The translations under genes were made by a program, and so were the position numbers. From Toensbergia leucococca (taxonomy: Eukaryota), in assembly GCA_022813965.1 (NCBI GenBank), contig JALDZS010000183.1:1-46312 (forward strand): a stretch of DNA of 46,312 nt, given 5' to 3'. The notes under the pieces were generated by a model. It worked only from the letters and a program-made list of their open reading frames with translations, searched no databases and was not told the origin of the DNA. Shown piece by piece: positions 36,585 through 46,312 of this stretch; the stretch's first letter is position 1, and each line of letters begins with the position of its first letter.

Positions 36585-37256
36585 TGCTGCAAAGTATCTT
36601 GGGTTGTGAAGCTGTCAAAATACGAAATACCCGCGACAGAAGCTCGAGACGTGACGACGCGATATAGTTACGGCCTAACTCCCATCGGGTATAGTTCTAG
36701 CTCTGAAATGAGCGCCGCTCTATTGGGCGCTTGGCGAGTGACTTGCCTCCCACTCTCCTTGCGAATCGAGACCCGGTTGCTACTTTCTGAGTCCCAATAT
36801 GAGAAAGCACATTTCTCTTCCATGTGCTCAGTGCTTAATACAAATGAGACCTGAAGCGGTGAGTTGAGAGGCTGGGATCGTAGCCTTTTCAAAGTCATCT
36901 CTGAGCGCTTCCACTAAAAGCAGCGACCATCGAAGATTCAATATTAATCTTGTTCCCCAAAGCTCTTCTAACCCCCTTCTGCATGTCTTCCTTACTACTC
37001 CGACTTTCTTCATTTGTCTGAATACTGTTTACCGTCCCATCATGTTTGTGCATTGTGGTTTACCATACCATCATATCAGATTTATCCATTCTCCAAGTCC
37101 CTGAAAGATCTCTTCGCTTTATTCCCTAGCTAAAGCTTGCATAGCTAACACACTCAAGTCCACAATATCTCGTCACAGCCCTCTCTCTGCGCCCCCTCTA
37201 CCACCTCTCCTCATCCTTCTAGTTCTTCTAACTTACACTTTAATCGGTGTCCTACG

Positions 37257-37578
37257 GTATGTCATCAGCGGCATTTGATGAGAGCACTAGGGTAATGAAG
37301 CACTACCTAGCGCTACATTTCGCTCCAAGGCTGATCCAACGAATGAATCACGCTCCTGGATCAAACCTCACTTCCTGCGCCTTCAATGCCCGGGATGGTG
37401 CTAATTGATGGGATGGCTGTCATTCAACTCGGCCTGAAATGGTTCAATCGTGACTGAAATTAGCCCGCACGGCTTTCGCAGCCATGTTCAATCCAAACCT
37501 GCAGCCATGACGGCGTTCAGAAGTGCCTTGATAGAGAAGTCAGCCTAATCGGCGTGACCAATTCAACTTTCCAATCAG
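37257..37578 (+). ncRNA. Candidate structured ncRNA inside a putative intron of a transcript divergent from MSH6
   Basis: GTATGT donor at 37257, TGATGA at 37276-37281, several inverted repeats, AG at 37577-37578. No family identified. Confidence 0.35.
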
Positions 37579-37829
37579 CAAAACAATGATATCTAGAAAA
37601 CCGGCTCTTCTCAACATCCAAGGCCGATACCGAGAAAACTTAACAAATAAAGTAGTGTTCTATTTCAAAACCTCCCTCGCCGAAATTCCAGATTAATAAT
37701 AGGGTAAACTCAATTTGGGAAATTCTTAGAAAACAACGTTTGGAAAGAAGGGTCTCAAAACCTCAAAAGTCGAATGTGGAACGAAACATACACCCATTAA
37801 AAAGGTGCCAAAACTACCGCTACATGCAT

Positions 37830-38129
37830 CTAGCCCACCTCCGCCGCAATTGAAGAGGATCTTCCATCCCCATTCTCCCGACCGTTTCTCCCGCTATCCC
37901 TCGTTCCACCCACCTCATCAACCGAGCAGTCAACTTCTTGATCCTCTTGATCCGCTCCCGCCCCAACTTCCTGACCCCCAGGAATCCTGTTTCGTTGTCT
38001 TTGAACCGGCCGTAGCCCCAACACTGTTGGTCCATATCTCGCCGTCACAGCCCAACCAAAGAGTATGACAGATCCTAACAATGCGATGGGAACACCAAGG
38101 ATGATGGCGACAAAGACATTGAAAGCCAT
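37830..38129 (-). CDS. Small single-TM orphan protein (99 aa)
   Basis: GCC-ATG start; MAFNVFVAIILGVPIALLGSVILFGWAV hydrophobic segment, then basic residues and an acidic tail. C/T-rich leader upstream. Confidence 0.5.
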   Translation of the reverse strand: MAFNVFVAIILGVPIALLGSVILFGWAVTARYGPTVLGLRPVQRQRNRIPGGQEVGAGADQEDQEVDCSVDEVGGTRDSGRNGRENGDGRSSSIAAEVG

Positions 38130-38799
38130 GGCTTGGGTGGTAGCGGTATAGACCGACGTTTGTGAGTGCGAGGAGCGAAGGTAGTGGTACGGAGAGGACT
38201 TCGGGAGCTTCCTCAAGAGATAAAGAGGGGTTTGCTGGTATGCTCGAAGAGAACAGGATTTCGATTTTGAGTGTAGCTTGAAATGGATGGGAAGATGGAA
38301 GATGGGATCTTAAAGGAGGGAATTCATAGTGGGTGGGAAGCTGCTATCTGTATCCCAGAGGACAAAGAGGTGAAATCTATGCGTGGAAGTCACCAGAAGA
38401 ATGCAGGTCAGGGGTGAGTGCATCCGTCAGTTGAATAGAAATATTCATACACACACCTACCCGCACAATCTGAAAAATTGCATGAATGAATCCCTTGTTC
38501 CAGCATCTGAGCTACTTATCCGGCCGTATTATCTGACCAATACATACATATACTGGAAACCTGTCGTCTACGGTTCCATTAGTATCTACCCTGATATACC
38601 GGATCATTTCTCAAAGATAACCCCTTTCATTCACGAGAAAGATCACAAATCTCGTATCTCTAGCTGATAAGATACGACCGGATTTCAAGATGCTACTGGG
38701 AGATGTGTTGAAGTGGATATTCGTAGAAAAGAGAGTGTTTTGGTACAAGGCACAACGCTGTCCACTCATGAGGAGGAGTTTCGGGTAGATATTCCACCT

Positions 38800-39780
38800 C
38801 ATCAATTTCTGTACCACACAATTCTCTACACCATCCCTCAAATATCATCCTCCTCCACAACCAAAACACCACCAACCCAGTCCATCCCTCCCAAACCCCC
38901 TACCTACTCATCATCATCCCTCGCCCCTCCCCCTCGAAAGAAAAAACAGACAAGAAACAACAAAAACCCAATCAAATACCAAACCCGCTCAAAACCCCCT
39001 TCAAAGAAACATCCTCAGACCCCCTTTCAAAAAAAATATGATCATTTAACTCACAAAGCCATCACCAAAAACGACAAGAGATAGATTCTGCTAGGTTAGT
39101 AAAAATAAAACTGATCAAAAAACTAGAATCTTACCCATCAGAAAACGGCACCCACGACTTCACCCCCTCCTATATAATCATTCTCAAAATACAACTCAAT
39201 CCAACCAGATCCAAAGCAACCAACCCCACAACCAACCCCCTCCAACCCTCCCCATCTCCGTCACATCTCAATCCAGTTCAACAACAAACCCATCCCATCC
39301 CAACCCAACCCCCCCTTCCAAAACCCCCAGATCCACCACAACCAAAAAAACCAAGTCAACAACAAAACCACACTTGAGGGAGTCGCAAGCAAAATTCTAT
39401 CCCAATCCCCAGCCCCCCGCCCCATCCATCTTCCAACAAAACAAAAAACCCACAAAACTCACCCCCCCCCCACAAAAACAAAAGAACCACTCTTTCGATC
39501 ACACACCCGTCTCACACATCAACAAAAAAAACCACCCCACACACAAAAACAAAATCCCCAAAACACATCCCCCCTCCAACACCCCTCTCAAAAAAATTCC
39601 AAAAAATGATCACAAAACGAACCGAACCCAACACACACAAAAATAAAAGAGGAGTTCCAGTTACCTTCCCTGAAAAAGCAAGTCTCCCCCCCCAAACAAT
39701 ACACTTCAAGACACACCCTGGAATCCTGGGGGGAATCACACTCGATGTTCAGGTTATTGGGAGGGGGGGGGGTTTCTGAA
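38800..39780. repeat. C/A-rich low-complexity tract ending in a G run
   Basis: About 1 kb nearly devoid of G on the + strand (CCAACCC, AAAAC motifs), then GGGAGGGGGGGGG at ~39759-39772. Confidence 0.75.
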
Positions 39781-39986
39781 GCGGTAAGAGTATCTATGGG
39801 TATGAAGTATTCAGGTCAGGTGGGTATGAGTAACCGCAAGTTAAACGGAGCTTCATCTACCTTGCTAAAAACATCTGATGATTACACTTATTTTTAAATG
39901 AAACCCACACATTGCATGTGCGGTTCCGGTATAAGAGTGGTGAAATGGGTAAAATCTTACATAGGCGGCCATATCGCCTCTCTTGG

Positions 39987-42082
39987 CTACTTTGCCACAG
40001 CTTGATTTACCACATATGTAGGTGGTAGCCCAGCTCTATCTTCTTCCGCCCTCCCTTTCGACCCTTTAGATATCGTGGAAGATTTGGGCTTTTCACTCTT
40101 CCCCACATCCTCATCCCTTCTCGGTTTCTTATCCTCCTTCCACCCGGGTGCATCAAGACCCAATTCCTCAAATTCCGCATCGCTAACAATCCTAATAATC
40201 TTAACCTTCCACTTCCCAACCCGAAGGATCAGCAAGTTGCCGTCAATAATGTACTTGTCAGTGTCCTCGGGTTTCCAATTCTTGGCAGGTGAGAAGTCAA
40301 GCCCATCTCCCATCGCTGAAGCATGATGCTTTCCCGGCCTACTTCCAACATAGGCCCCTTGGGCCACCGCTAAGCGATTGCCTTCGCTGCGCGAAGACAC
40401 TAGCCCTGCCGACCATAGCACGCGAGCGATAGACTGTGTACGAACAAGAGACTCGGGCAGAATTACGTGGATTGAAGGGGCATTCGAGGACGTCGTAATG
40501 GGTGCATGAGGGTTAAGGAGGTTGCTGACGTCTGTATTATGGGAAACTTTGGCATTTCGTGGCTTCGATGCCAGAGGCGCGTTGAAGATTATTCCGTGTT
40601 GTGATGCAGCCTCGTTGGCCGCATCTTGGCCGTGGATGAATGCGACAGCATCAGAGGCAAGTCTATGCTGTGCGATTCGCTTGGAAGGGTCTCTTTCATG
40701 CTCAACCACAATTTGGTGGATATCATCGAGTGGAATGAAAGTGAAGAGCTTCAAGTACCGACTGACGTCTGCATCCGCCGATCGAAGAAAGAACTTAAAT
40801 CTCCGTCAGTTGAGTGCCACCATGACCAAAAGAGTAAAAAAAAACGCACTTGATACAGATCAAAGCTACTTGTCATTTCCGGATCGAGCCAGATGGCGTT
40901 GCCAGCGCTTTTCCCAAATTTCTCACCCGATGCAGTGGTTAAGAGAGGTACTGTAAATCCCACGGGTCTGCTGAGATCGTCGTCCTTTTCCTGTCTTATG
41001 AGCGGATCGTAGTGGTTCTTTGCAATGTACTTAATGGCGTCGATACCAGTGACGATATTGCCAAATTGATCCGAGCCGCCAATTTGCAGTTGAATTCCCT
41101 TGGTGTGATACATGTACCACCAGTCCCAGGCCTGTACCAAAGGATAGGTAAATTCGGCGAATGACATGCCATCACCCGATTCCATCTTCTTTCGAACCCT
41201 AATATACCGTGGAACTTAGCTTGCGATTGCAATAGCGCTTCTAACGAGACTTGGTGCGGGTGGGGACTCACTCACGTATCTCTCCCTAACATGGTCCCTA
41301 TCCTAACACCAGGTCCAAGCAGTTTCAGGACTTCTATCATCGGCTGCTTGTTCAGCCAGGCATTATTATTGACTAATTCCCTACGCCATGCCCACTCCCA
41401 ATTATAATTGTACTTTCGCGCATAAATCTCGACGTTCAACCATAGCTTTTTCAGTTGCATATGCATGCTTGCCATGTTGGCTTTTCGGATTGAAGAATGT
41501 TGAGTCTCACGGGGTGTAAGCCGTCCAGTAGGGTCTCCTATTTGGGCAGTGGCACCTCCAAGCTTAGTCTGTCAGTGAAGAGTATGGTACAGGCAGAATG
41601 ACCAGGTGCCTCACAAGTGAAACTGAGTGCATGCCGTGAACGTAAAACCAGAATAGTGTCATCAACGGCAACAGATGTCCAACATGCAAGGACGGCGCTG
41701 TAGGATCGAATCCAGCATATACCCCAATACGCTTGCGTATTATTAAATCATCCAGTTTATCTCGATCCCTAGCGCTAAATCAGACGATACTTTCTTTGGT
41801 CTCGAATAGTGAAGCGTACCCGACAATGCTATTCACGTATCCTCGCTCCTCGAGTATACTCAGCATACTCTTTTGCCTTCCACCTTTGATCTCTTTTGCT
41901 TTTTCGCTCCATTGCGCCTTCGCTTCCTCAGTCTTTCTTAGCCAATTCTGTGAGATGTATCTTCTCTGTGAGGTTGTAAATTTCAAAGAAAGGGTTGGTG
42001 ACCGATAACGACGAGCACAGGAAGTGCAGATATAGATTGATGATCGTGGGAGCCGTACAAAGGCTGAAGATACTACAGTCAT
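39987..42082 (-). CDS. cyt-18: Mitochondrial tyrosyl-tRNA synthetase (CYT-18 type)
   Basis: Presequence, LEERGY, YAGFDPTAPSLHVGH (HIGH), MSFAEFTYPLVQAWDW, QIGGSDQFGNI, KFGKS, C-terminal S4-like domain (LILRVGKW). Four introns. Confidence 0.94.
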
Positions 42083-42375
42083 TATTGCATCGTGGAAAAC
42101 TTGAAGTCAAGAAGAAAAACAAGTGACGCGAAATGGCGAACCGTAGTTTCAGCAAAAAGACACTGCTGGACATTTCGACCAGCGTACTCGTAGTAATTGA
42201 GGCTCAAGGCCACAGACCGGACCCACCCCTTTAGCCTCGAGTATTCGTGCGAACACCTTAGAGAAAGACCTTCTTGCACTAATCACATTGTAGTGGCTCA
42301 ATACTTGTCGCGACATGGAAAGTCTGTTTCATCTGACTCGTCACTGTGTTTCCGAAGAAAATGAATGTCCCGACA

Positions 42376-42438
42376 TCTAAGAGGGCCAGTCAATGAGCGT
42401 CGAAGGAAAGAATTGTACCAGCTCTAAGAGGGCCAGTC
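42376..42438. repeat. 16-bp direct repeat TCTAAGAGGGCCAGTC
   Basis: Exact copies at 42376-42391 and 42423-42438. Confidence 0.9.
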
Positions 42439-42590
42439 GCCAGTGGAGAGACTGCATGGCTTTTGCGAGAAGACTCTTGATCTTCAAGTCATCGACTTGT
42501 CCAGCATTTGTTTCCATCTCTTGTCATCTGGCATAGCCGTCTCTTCTTGCACTATTTTCCTACCTACAAGCCTCGGATTCCTCAACCATC

Positions 42591-43130
42591 ATGCGCTTCA
42601 GTCTCGTTAATGGCCTTGTTCTTGCAATCACAACAGTGGCCATTGCTTTTCAACACTTGCCTGGCGCCGCCGATGGTATCTATCTTCATAGCTATGACGC
42701 CTCGGGTAATCCTATGACAGAGTATTTGGGCACGAACGTTTCTCATCTCCAGGCAACACGCCAACGCCGTCAATACGTCCAGCTAGACACACGCAAAAAG
42801 AAGCCGCCCAAAGTACCGGGAAGTGAAGGCGTCAATTGCAACTCCAGCGCTATCATAGACCGGGACGACCTGAGCGGTGCCGAATCCCAACTGGGGTTTG
42901 CATGTGACAACCTTGACTGGTGGTACCATGCCATTTCTTCTGTGTACCTCACTGCAGTGGCTTACGCCTGTGACTATGGTGATGGAAACCATTGTAGTAT
43001 CGACACGATCACATCGGACAACGTCCAGCTTAACGAAGGGTGCGGGAGCAATGAAGCTGGATGGTTCGCTGTTCAGGGATATCTATATTCTACAGGTCGG
43101 ACTTCCGTCGGAGATCAATTCTGTTTCTAA
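42591..43130 (+). CDS. Small secreted cysteine-rich protein (effector-like, 179 aa)
   Basis: Signal peptide MRFSLVNGLVLAITTVAIA, pro-region with dibasic sites (QRR, RKKK), mature domain with 6 Cys ending QFCF. Confidence 0.85.
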   Translation: MRFSLVNGLVLAITTVAIAFQHLPGAADGIYLHSYDASGNPMTEYLGTNVSHLQATRQRRQYVQLDTRKKKPPKVPGSEGVNCNSSAIIDRDDLSGAESQLGFACDNLDWWYHAISSVYLTAVAYACDYGDGNHCSIDTITSDNVQLNEGCGSNEAGWFAVQGYLYSTGRTSVGDQFCF

Positions 43131-43701
43131 GACACCATAGTACCTGAGAGTGGATCTCAATTGGCCTCACACTTGTGCAGTTTTCAACCGGCAAACCGCA
43201 AACATATCAATTCCCGCTCCAACTGTGCATGCGAACAGAAACCGATGTTTTTCTTTTTATCTTGTATACTATATGCATTCCGCTTTCTCTACCTTTAGAC
43301 CAAAGAGCGGGTGAAGTCTCAACATTTTCTGAGTAGGTTTCCAGAACTCAGATGTTATTTAGCGATGCCCGCCTGAATTGCCAATGTATTGTGAGATCAA
43401 TACTGGCATCTTCTTACTTCCGATCGCCTGAGTGATGGCTTTGCTATGTGATACAAGTGTTTCAGAATTGCCGTAAGAAGAGCATCAGTTGTTCGCAAGC
43501 TACAACCGCCATAAAGATGTCCTCTCAGTCTATCTTCTCCATTTCATGTTATTAAGCGCAGTTTCGGAGAATTAGAACAAAAGAGTATGCGGGAGACTTG
43601 ATATGCGACGAAGGATTAGTCGTTATCTATTGCCTTTGTATTCTCTCTTCGTTTCTCTCATCTCAGGTCATCCTCCAGCCTTGACGGTTAATTACTTCGC
43701 A

Positions 43702-44605
43702 ATGTTTTGTTCATTCGTTTGTCTAAATGTTCTTTTTGTTTGTTTTATTGTAGCGCTGGCGAAGCCATTCGACTTGCACACACCTGATCCATCAAGTCTA
43801 AGCAACAAGGCGGAGCTCGCAGATAGAGCAGCAGATCCACAAACGTAAGCGTTCATCATGTCAACCCTTGCTAAATTCTGACTACCTTACTAAATCCAGC
43901 GCCAGTCACTTTCCCGACTTCAGCATCAAAGTCTCTGACCGTTCTGGCATCGACCTTTCCAACAATGTCCCTGTCTTCCTTCGCTACCACACAAATACCG
44001 CCTCTTCCGCCCAAAAACGCACGCCAAGCAGTACAAGAAAACCAAATATTATGTGTGGTCCCGGCTACAAGTACCTTTTATCCTTCTGTGCTTGGAATAC
44101 CAACGCGCAGGACTACTATGCCTGGTGTTCCAACACAACAGGTGGTGTCGACAGCTATGTCCCTGGCAGCTGCCTTCCTACCGAAATCTGTGTTGACCAA
44201 GGGTCTCCGCCCGAATACCAGCAGGGTACCGCCCTCTGCGTCGGCGATGGACAAGTCATTTCGCTCACTCAAGACCCGGCCACAAATGCAACAATAGGCG
44301 GGGAAACGTTTTCGGGCATCAGCGTTGGGGGCACGAATGACTTCGTCTTCGAAGCCGTTGTCACAGGCACGGATTCGAAGGCTTTGGTGTTCGCAGACAG
44401 TGTGATCCTATCAGCACAATCATATACTATTGTTGAGAATGTGCCGGTATGGGAGACGCTACCAAGTGGGTCAACAGAGTGTATAGATTGTGCAAATTTG
44501 GAGTTGCAACCTATCCCCGTAGGGACGAAAAGGATCGAGGTGAATGTTGTTCTGGAGGATGTGACGGCGGAAGCGTTGTTGCATCTGGAGCTGGTGACTA
44601 TATGA
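43702..44605 (+). CDS. Secreted cysteine-rich hypothetical protein
   Basis: Signal MFCSFVCLNVLFVCFIVALAKP. Intron 43845-43899 joins in frame to ORF 43868-44605. KR site, then C..C..C..CLPTEICV..C and CIDC motifs. Confidence 0.82.
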
Positions 44606-45006
44606 ACATGACAAATGAAGCCTAGGGTGTGAAGAAAGACAAGATCATTCAATCTGTCATTGCCAACTTTGCTACGAGTAGATGTTCTACGCGAAGAGAC
44701 TGCTTGTTGGGCTCTGGTCGGGGAATACTCTAGTGGCCCATCATTGGGGCGAATGGTACTTAGGATTTGAGTAATTGAATGTCTTGTTACAGCACCTAGT
44801 CTTGAGCCATATTCATTGCAAGGTCAAGAAGTAGAACAGACAGCATAACGTCCCAAAAGTTCGTTTTAAGACCAGATGTAGATCCTCTCTCCAATTCATA
44901 AGACATGTATCATTCAAAAGGATAGCCTCATCCTGTCCCTCGCTATCAAAGCACCGAAACATCGCAGCATGACCATACACCCAATCGCCCGGCGTCTATC
45001 AGACGT

Positions 45007-45171
45007 TTATTTGACCGGACAGGTCTATATGGAGTAAGCCATGCTTCCCATAGTGAAGCTCTCACAAGTCAGAGATGTACAGGGGAAGCTGACCTTTCCA
45101 CATGCTCCACATGTAGTTCCGCCGCCTGAGATAGCGGCGCCGCAGGACGGACAGGAGGAGTGTCCAGGCAT
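45007..45171 (-). CDS. Spliced 31-aa zinc-ribbon/metallothionein-like microprotein MPGHSSCPSCGAAISGGGTTCGACGKTCPVK
   Basis: AAACACC-ATG context. Exon 1 45171-45094, intron 45093-45025 (GTCAGC..GCTTAC..ATAG), exon 2 45024-45007. Pattern CxxC-x10-CxxC-x3-C. Confidence 0.8.
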
Positions 45172-45539
45172 GGTGTTTAGCTTGGGTAGCAGTCGCTTCT
45201 TTTAGGAGACAGATGAAGGTCTTGGTATAGCTGTCGATGTTGATGAGATAGTCGTTATCGATGGGATACTAGGAATTATTTGGGTAGTAAGAAGTAAGGT
45301 AAACAGAGTGGAGTTACGAAGAACAAGCGGGGTTCGGCGGGGCATTAATTTATTTCAGCTTAGCGTGCTCTATCCGTACAATGATCTTACCCGTATTAGT
45401 AGGTAGATAGGTAGGCTTGGCAAGTCTCATTAAATACAATCACCATCCTCGATTCCTCGATTCAAATCCCGTTTTTAACATGGTCACCAACGATTTAGAT
45501 GGCAAGCCTTTTCAATTGAAATTCGTGAGACCTGCTCAG

Positions 45540-46312
45540 ATGATGTTATTTGCCAACGTGATCTGTGACCCTCCTTTGGGCCAGATCACTCTTCTTCCTG
45601 AACCCCAAGATGCAGTATGTCAACACAGGAGGAATACAGGTTCATTATGCCACTAATTAGTCAAAGGTTGATTTCACTGTACTGCTAGAGTCAAGCAGAT
45701 CTTTTCCAGAGCAAAGCTGGGAGGTAGTCCTATGGCACAATTGTCATGATGCATCTCGAGAAGAATGGCGTGAGTTGGCTCTCCAAGACAAATCTGATGC
45801 AGTCGTTCCAGTATGTTTGATACTTGTCTGAACTTCCAAAGCTCACGTGAAACTCAGCTCGCCATCAGTTCCCATGCTCGTCCATGGGTTTATCGACGCT
45901 ACTTTTCAGGGAAACTTGTCAAACCTACCTCGAATCATGATCCTGTCCAGTTTACACTGAAATTCCGTCTATCATCAAGCGACTCATGGAAGTGGGTCAA
46001 CGATCAATCTTGTCTCAAAGATGGAGAGTTGTTTTTTCAAGCTGCTTTTCCATCCAAGGAATTGGATCACTATTTCGAAGCTCCGTTGTCTCATTTTAAT
46101 GTACACTCTGTTCCCAGCGACGTTCCAGACACTCAACTCTGGTCCCTTTCCAGTTCCGTTCCTGCAGCGAGTATTCACACTTCAGCTTATTCTGAGCGTA
46201 GGCTTGGGAAACCAGCCAACTTTTCTCGATGGTTCTCGCTCGTCAGAATATGGAGCCCTTGGCTTGCACCTCGACATGGCCAGAGCTTTTTCAATCCTAC
46301 AGAAGACGCTGT
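45540..46312 (+). CDS. 5' part of raffinose synthase/Sip1-like alpha-galactosidase (GH36); runs off window
   Basis: MMLFANVICDPPLGQIT, intron 45615-45666, then VDFTVLLESSRSFPEQSWEVVLWHN...FTLKFR..WKWVN..DGEL...RWFSLVRIWSPWLAPRHG. Not in the ORF track because it has no stop in the window. Confidence 0.85.

Noticed and set aside
39870..39930. CTGATGA...GAAA resembling a hammerhead ribozyme core
   Set aside because: Stem II lacks the closing pair and stem I has no partner after the would-be cleavage site.

Overview
Eukaryotic, intron-containing DNA from a filamentous ascomycete (Pezizomycotina; a lichen-forming lineage is my guess only). Introns are GT-AG with CTRAY branch points. Genes in order: the 3' end of a conserved membrane hypothetical, a HeLo-like N-terminal-domain gene with an in-frame stop, MIC60, a DTD-motif Leptosphaeria-type rhodopsin divergent from a ZIP zinc transporter, a CpG-poor low-complexity tract, SAM37/metaxin with an eroded 3' tail, MEMO1, an 18-intron ADE6, a Cys-rich hypothetical, glutaminyl cyclase, a mitochondrial membrane hypothetical, MSH6, a small single-TM orphan, mitochondrial TyrRS (CYT-18 type), two secreted Cys-rich proteins, and the 5' part of a GH36 raffinose-synthase/Sip1 gene. 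The most notable items fall below the ORF track's size limit or outside coding annotation: a 31-aa proline-rich SH3-ligand-like micropeptide gene with its own large regulatory region, a spliced 31-aa zinc-ribbon microprotein, a candidate intron-hosted structured ncRNA divergent from MSH6, hairpin-bearing ADE6 introns, and repeated C-rich to G-rich strand-skew switch points. No intact transposon, tRNA, rRNA or CRISPR array was seen. All calls come from reading the sequence by hand; no searches were run.
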